Shown one piece after another: positions 58,540 through 64,000 of a stretch of DNA of 64,000 nucleotides. Both the position numbers and the translations under genes were made by a program. The notes beneath the pieces are model-generated. The model was not told the origin of the DNA and did not search any database. It saw nothing but the letters and a program-made list of their open reading frames with translations. The stretch is taken from the NCBI GenBank assembly GCA_963676915.2, contig CAXXVK010000053.1:64001-128000 (forward strand), read 5' to 3'. This DNA is from Myxococcota bacterium. Lineage in GTDB: Bacteria; Myxococcota_A; SURF-8; G963663525. Numbering within the stretch: the first letter of the stretch is position 1; each line of letters starts with the position of its first letter.

Positions 58540-59706
58540 TTACCCAAACAGCGCTCCGAAAACCACCCCGGCGACGGTGGACATCACCACGACCAGAGCC
58601 ACGTAAACCGCTGTTTTTTTAGTCCCCAGAACACCTCGAATGACCAGCATGTTGGGCAGACTCAGCGCCGGACCGGCCAGCAGCAGCGCCAGCGCCGGTC
58701 CCTTGCCCATACCCGCACCGATCAGACCTTCCAGAATCGGCACCTCGGTTAGCGTCGCGAAGTACATGAATGCTCCGACCAGCGAAGCGAAGAAATTGGC
58801 GCCGATGCTGTTCCCGCCAACCAGTGAAGCCACCCACTCGGAAGGAATCAGACCTTGATGGCCGGGTCGTCCCAGTAGAAATCCGGCCAGCAAAACGCCC
58901 CAGAACAGCAAAGGCAGAATCATTTCGCCGTATTCCATCGAAGACGCCAGCCACTCGCGGCGTTCCTCACGGGTGAACCACAGCCACACCGCTCCCGCCA
59001 GAAACAGCGAAAACAGTCCGGTAATCCACCACTTGGCTTCATATAGTACCTGCCACAATCCGCCTTCACCGTTTTGTGGAGCGCTCCAGTTGGCAGCGAC
59101 CAGGATGCCGATCATCAGTGAAAAATAAAGGAGATCCTGTATCGGTCTGCGAGGAGGTGTTTCCTCCGGCATCGGAGGAAGATCGGTGGCCGATGCTTCC
59201 TCTTTGCGGAATAAAAACGCCATGGCAAGACCGATGGCCACGGAGAAAATCACCGCTCCGATGGCACGCGCCAGTCCCATTTCGGCACCCAGCACACGGG
59301 CGGTCAAAATGATCGCCAGTACGTTGATGGCCGGGCCAGAGTACAAAAACGCCGTCGCCGGACCGATTCCTGCTCCTCGGGTGTAGATCCCGGCGAACAA
59401 TGGAAGTACCGTGCAGGAACAGACAGCTAAAATCGTCCCGCTGCCTGCGGCGACACCATAAGCCACGATGCGGTTAGCTCCGGCTCCCAGATACTTCAAC
59501 ACCGCGTTTTGAGACACGAAATTGGCGATAGCTCCGGCGATGAAGAAGGCGGGAATTAGGCACAACAAGACGTGTTCTTTGGCGTACCACTGCGTCAGGG
59601 CGAAGGCTTCGAGAATGGCCCCGGTGAGCCGTTGGGAATCCAGCGGCAACGCCCAGAAAACAAAAAACACCGCCGCGAAAATCGCCCATTTCATCCGTTG
59701 AGACAT
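58540..59706 (-). CDS. arsP: ArsP/DUF318 family permease
   Basis: EHVLLCL.PAFFIAG, AVCSCTVLPLF, FLYSGPAIN, MYFATLTEVP, GPALALLLAGPALSLPN. Confidence 0.85.
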   Translation of the reverse strand: MSQRMKWAIFAAVFFVFWALPLDSQRLTGAILEAFALTQWYAKEHVLLCLIPAFFIAGAIANFVSQNAVLKYLGAGANRIVAYGVAAGSGTILAVCSCTVLPLFAGIYTRGAGIGPATAFLYSGPAINVLAIILTARVLGAEMGLARAIGAVIFSVAIGLAMAFLFRKEEASATDLPPMPEETPPRRPIQDLLYFSLMIGILVAANWSAPQNGEGGLWQVLYEAKWWITGLFSLFLAGAVWLWFTREERREWLASSMEYGEMILPLLFWGVLLAGFLLGRPGHQGLIPSEWVASLVGGNSIGANFFASLVGAFMYFATLTEVPILEGLIGAGMGKGPALALLLAGPALSLPNMLVIRGVLGTKKTAVYVALVVVMSTVAGVVFGALFG

Positions 59707-59710
59707 GACA

Positions 59711-60517
59711 TTACTCCGCAATTTCATCGGGCATTAGGCGCTCGATTCGTTTCCATAACTCATCTCGGACAGCACGAAACGCGGCGAGCCGTTCTTCCGG
59801 GTTGTCGATCTTCGCCGGGTCGGGTAGTCCCCAGTGCAAGTGGTGAGGTGCACTGGAAAACGTGGGGCAGACTTCTTCGTCGCAAAGCGTAATCGCGGCG
59901 TCGAAATCGACCAAATCGAATTCTTCGACGGATTTCGAGCGAAGCCCATCGGTGGAAACGCCTTTTTCTTTCAATACTTGTAGAGCTTCCGGGCGAACGA
60001 AGGCAGGGTTGCTGCCCGCCGAGAAAGCCCGAACGTCCGCCGGGGCGAGATGCCGGGCGATGGCTTCGGCCAGTTGGCTACGGGCAGAGTTCTGCACGCA
60101 CAAAAACAACAGATTTTTAGGTTTCGAGCGAGCAAGTTCCAACGTGGAAGGCAGCCAGTCCTCCACAGGGGATTGGTTTGCAGGAAGCTCGGAAAGAACC
60201 GGAAGCGGTTGAATGTTGGTTTGCAAGACTTGGTGACAACAGGCGAACATGTCCAGCACGCAAGGTGTAAGCAACCGATATAACACGCGATTACCTTCTT
60301 TACGGCTCTGGACGATTCCAGCGCTTCGCAAGACGGACAAATGCTTCGAGACGGTGGACTGGTCCAGTCCGGCAGCTTTCGTCAAGGAGCCTACCGTTCC
60401 TTCACCATGGCGCAGGCGATCGACGATCATCAGCCGCGCCTCGTTGGCGAGCGCCTTGTGAATTCGTGCCTGTTGCGTGTAATCGGAGAGGTTTGGTTTA
60501 GTGGTGTCGTTTTTCAT
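59711..60517 (-). CDS. ArsR/SmtB regulator fused to LMW-PTP-type arsenate reductase ArsC
   Basis: KALAN..RL.I, QSTVSKHL..L...G.V, C..C-C; then FLCVQNSARSQLAE, SAG, TLC...VCP, HWGLPDP, FR.VRD. Confidence 0.88.
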   Translation of the reverse strand: MKNDTTKPNLSDYTQQARIHKALANEARLMIVDRLRHGEGTVGSLTKAAGLDQSTVSKHLSVLRSAGIVQSRKEGNRVLYRLLTPCVLDMFACCHQVLQTNIQPLPVLSELPANQSPVEDWLPSTLELARSKPKNLLFLCVQNSARSQLAEAIARHLAPADVRAFSAGSNPAFVRPEALQVLKEKGVSTDGLRSKSVEEFDLVDFDAAITLCDEEVCPTFSSAPHHLHWGLPDPAKIDNPEERLAAFRAVRDELWKRIERLMPDEIAE

Positions 60518-60523
60518 GCACAA

Positions 60524-60552
60524 ACTATATGGCTACATGGCCATATAGTCAA
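60524..60552 (-). promoter_or_regulatory. ars promoter with overlapping 10-6-10 operator
   Basis: TTGACT-17 nt-TATAGT on the minus strand; perfect IR ACTATATGGC-N6-GCCATATAGT (60524-60549); ATG lies 6 nt after the -10 box. Confidence 0.8.
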
Positions 60553-60676
60553 GTACTTGAAATACAAAAATACTATCCTGGAGAAAATTCGGGAGAATCG
60601 TGACGAGAAACCAAAAGTTGAAGGGATCGGGAACCCCAAACCAACGGTTCACGCCATTTCTCCCCCAGAAAAATCT

Positions 60677-63390
60677 CTATTCGAACGTCACCACGAGATC
60701 TACGCTGCCCGTGGCCTCGGGTATGAACGAGACCTCGACCGCGCCGCCGTCCGTGTTTTCCTGCTGATCCGTAACGGAAGTTCCCGATATCGTAACATTT
60801 TTGAAGGAAAATCCCTCGGGAATCGAGAACGACATCCGGTACGTGAACGGAGCTTTTTCGGTTGGTTTGGCAACCTTTGCCGACAAGGTGATCGTTTTGT
60901 CGGTTTCGTTCCAGGCGTAGGCGGTAATGTCGGTGGCCCCCATGGTGATCTGGCGGTTCCAGCCCAAAAACTGAGGATGCTCCACCTTTGGTCGGAACGC
61001 CACCACACGGGAATCGTGGGATGGTACGTCGAGGTTGAAGGTTCCGGTCGCCTCACCCAGATACTCGCCGGTCCAGAACTCGTAGGCCAGGTAGGTCGTT
61101 TGGGAATCCAATCCCAATTCTTCTACAAGATCAATGGTATACGAACGTACAGTGCCTTCATCTGGCATTTTTTCGAAGGGATTTTTCGTCAGATCCCAAT
61201 TGAGTCCCCAGTTGATCAGGCCTAGCACGTCGTAGGGTTCGTTAAAGCCATCCGTTCCGCCTTCGACATGCAAATGCCACATTTCGGGAAATTCGCGGGT
61301 GAACAAGTCCAGTGGACGCGCTCCGTTGGGATAGATCGGCAGAAGCTGCCGCACGACGTTGATCTGCTCGCCGGTCATGTCCACCAGCCGATCGCCGATC
61401 TTGACGATACCACCGGACAACCCCACGTACGTGCAGAACGACCGAGCTTCCTCGAACGTGACGCGTGGCCAGGTTTCATCGCGTGTATTGGATCGGAAGA
61501 TGATCAGGTCCGGATGGTTGATCCAGATACGATTGTGCAGGTAATAGCGGCGTCCCGAGGTGCGAACCGTTGGTTTAAACCCCTGCTGGCCGCTCTTTTC
61601 GTCGTCTTCGAGCGTCGGTTCCCAATCCCATACGGGTTGATTGTCCAGTTGCAGTCGGTCGCCGTCGATGAGGCCGTAATGAATGCCCATCACCGAGACG
61701 GCCAGGAAAAAGGTATCGTCGCCGATTTCCTCACGGATGATTCGCAGGGCGTTACGGTACATTTCCTCTCGGGTCTGGGTAGGGTCGTATATCCCGATTG
61801 TCATTAAAGAGTAATAATTGAAATCGAGCTTCAGCCAGTCGAAATTCCAGTCCTGTCGGAAGGTTTTGAACAGGTCGTGCAACCATTGTTTCACCTCGGG
61901 ATTCGTCAGGTCCAGCAAACTGTATCCCGTCCCGAATATCTGTCCCACCATGGAACGTTCCGCCAACCAGTCGGGGTGATCCGCGACCGTCTGGCAATCA
62001 GGGTCCAGCGCCAGGGCTGCGTTCCAAAGTCCCGGTTTCAGGCCGGTTTCGCGGATTTTATCACTCAACCAGCGAGGACCATTGGGAAACTTGCTTTCCT
62101 GCCAGGTCCAATCCCCGTAATACGGCTCGTAGCCGTCATCCACCTGGAACCAGTCGATGCCCCAATCTTTGAATTCCGTAACCATTACGTCGAGGTTTTC
62201 GAGCATCAGGTCTTCGGTAATCCCAGTGCCGTAACCGCCGGTAGAGCCGGAGCCGCTCCAGGAATTCCAACCGTTGGGCACCCGCTGTCCACCGTTGCGC
62301 TCGGTCCAAAGCGTGATGTCCAGATGCTTTTTCACGGCCATGGCGTAGTCTTCCAGACCTTGCATCGGGTTGGTTTCTCCGGCATGGACGTAAATCGGCT
62401 CGGAACGGAATTCTTCGCCCGCCGGTACCGGTTTAGGATTGGGCTGGTAAGCCGCCTCAGCACTGAAAAAGCTGAAACCGTTTCGTCCGTCGGGACTGGT
62501 TTGGGAATACGCGGGATCGTAGGTCAGGTTGAACACCGGCGAGGAGGATTCGAAACTCAGCCCTCCGGCGATCCAGCTTGCTTCGCTTTGCAGGTCTTTT
62601 ACGCCGTGATTCCAGCTCGACACGCTAGCTCCCTGGAAGTCGCCCGGTATCATCGCCGTGAAATAATCCTCCCGCGCCGTATCGCCCGTGCGTATCTCTA
62701 CCAGGTGATCCAAGTAAGTATACGAACCGTTTTTCGATGATACGATGCTCGGCGGGGTCGTTACCTAGGAACAACGCGCCGCCCCTGGCGCCATCCAAGG
62801 TAATCGGTGCTACTTTGGCAAAATTCAATTCGTTTTGTGTCGTATTGACCAGATCCACGATGAACGTATAAAAACCGCCATCCGTGTATGCACTGATGGT
62901 CCACCGAAGTTCCGGTTCTCCTTCGGCGGTCTTGGCGGTGACGATCAGCCGTTCGGCGTCGCCAAGGTTGTCGTTGCCGCTCTCCGTTTCCACCTCCCGA
63001 AGCGCCAGAGACGAAACATTCATCCTCGTACCGGTATCATCGGGGGCGTCCAGCCAGATGCTGGCCGTAGCTTTCTGAACGATCAAGCTGCCGTCTTCGC
63101 GATAGATGTTGATCGTTCCGGTATCGTTGCGATAGACAAGCTTCGTCGTGCCGGATACGAGATCGGTTCGCACGCCTCCGGTATCCGATTCGCAGGCTCC
63201 GGCAATACACAGGCACCCGGCGGGACAATGGCCGTCGGTTAGAGCAAGACTGGCCGTCGCAACCTACGACTTCGATTTCCTGTTCGGTGTCGCCCGCCTG
63301 GATGTGCTCGTCGCCGTCATCCGAACAGCAGGTCAAAAGAAGGAAAAGACTTGCGAAAAAGAAAAAACGGGAAAATTTCACCAAAGACAT
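60677..63390 (-). pseudogene. GH36/GH27 (alpha-galactosidase-like) lipoprotein, split by two frameshifts (probable assembly errors)
   Basis: PNGWNSW, FQVDDGY, KFPNG, KPGLW, LDLTNP, LKLDF, W.NHPD. Lipobox LTCC and AGGAG RBS at 63390; shifts near 63242 and in the A5 run at 62730-62734. Confidence 0.8.
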
Positions 63391-63972
63391 GACGAACGCT
63401 CCTGAAACATGAAAAGAAAGAATAGGCTCAAGCCAAGGGAAAACCATGAAAAAGAAGGGGAAAGCAGCGGTACAACGTGTGGGGAGCGTGGAGAAGGTTT
63501 TTCCGAATCGCGGTTATGGTTTTGGATACGACGGATCGGAACGCAAAATTCCTATTGTAAAAATAATGTAAAAGCGTTCTATCCGAAAGTTACGCTGGTA
63601 ATCGTTCAGCCACTTTCAGCCGACGTTCACCTGATATTGCAATTGGTACTGTAACGGATACTTATCTTAACGCAACTCGAACAATTCCTAGCGGAGATTT
63701 TCGTTTTGCGCAATGAAGTTATCGAGGAAAAAAACTTATCCATCCTACAACTTTAAGGAACGGTTGTATTCCAAGGCATTCCAAGGAACCATTTCACGTG
63801 GGAGTAATAAACGAACATACCGAACATACCAGTATTTTTAACGTATTGGCATTCGCAGCAAAGGAGAGGAAACCCGAGTCATTCATGAAAACCCAAATCT
63901 CGGTAGGTTTTGCCTCATCGTCACTTCGATGACAACAACGTTTTCACTCCCGTTCGGATAAATTCCGTACCG

Positions 63973-64000
63973 TCAGCGATCCAACACGGCCAGCACTTCC
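63973..64000 (-). CDS. possible 3' end of a gene entering from outside the window
   Basis: Minus frame reads EVLAVLDR-stop with host-like codons; too short to identify. Confidence 0.3.

Noticed and set aside
63448-63960. Riboswitch or small gene in the terminal intergenic region (GGAACGCAAAA, short tandem GAACATACC and TTCCAAGG repeats, 15-aa ORF at 63885)
   Set aside because: Only fragments of the c-di-GMP-I consensus are present, the repeats are two short copies, and the ORF is too short to support.
1-64000. CRISPR array, prophage, integrase or transposase
   Set aside because: No regularly spaced direct repeats with unique spacers and no cas, phage or recombinase motifs seen; the only periodic repeat is coding (kinase).

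Overview
A moderately GC-rich chromosomal window from a deltaproteobacterium of Myxococcota-like character. This assignment is inferred from a myxobacterial-type Ser/Thr kinase, a PilH/PilI-like ABC pair, a PilR2-like sigma54 regulator, MvaS and many acidic-tethered lipoproteins. Most genes are housekeeping or metabolic (nadE, meaB, rocD, mvaS, rng, pepF, rmlA, rph, rdgB, hisC, crcB, tRNA-Lys). The window also has an arsenic operon (arsR-arsC fusion, arsP, arsEFG-like) and two AT-rich single-gene islets (an acyltransferase-3 and an AAA ATPase-DUF234 preceded by a perfect palindrome). Small mobile repeats include a 202-bp MITE with a 9-bp target duplication and an internal REP doublet, plus two further REP/REPIN-like families. 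I saw no CRISPR array, prophage, integrase or transposase. Three genes (pepF, an aldehyde dehydrogenase, a GH36/27 glycosidase) are broken by small indels that look like assembly errors. I found no unambiguous new multi-gene system. The best leads are an RmlA-GNAT fusion (possibly an indel artefact), a POT/MFS transporter with a ~225-aa inserted soluble domain, a tail-anchored kinase with an EVLTARK repeat array, a shared GD[TSL][DE]+acidic tether in lipoproteins, the MITE, and the ATPase islet. All family assignments come from motif recognition, not database searches.
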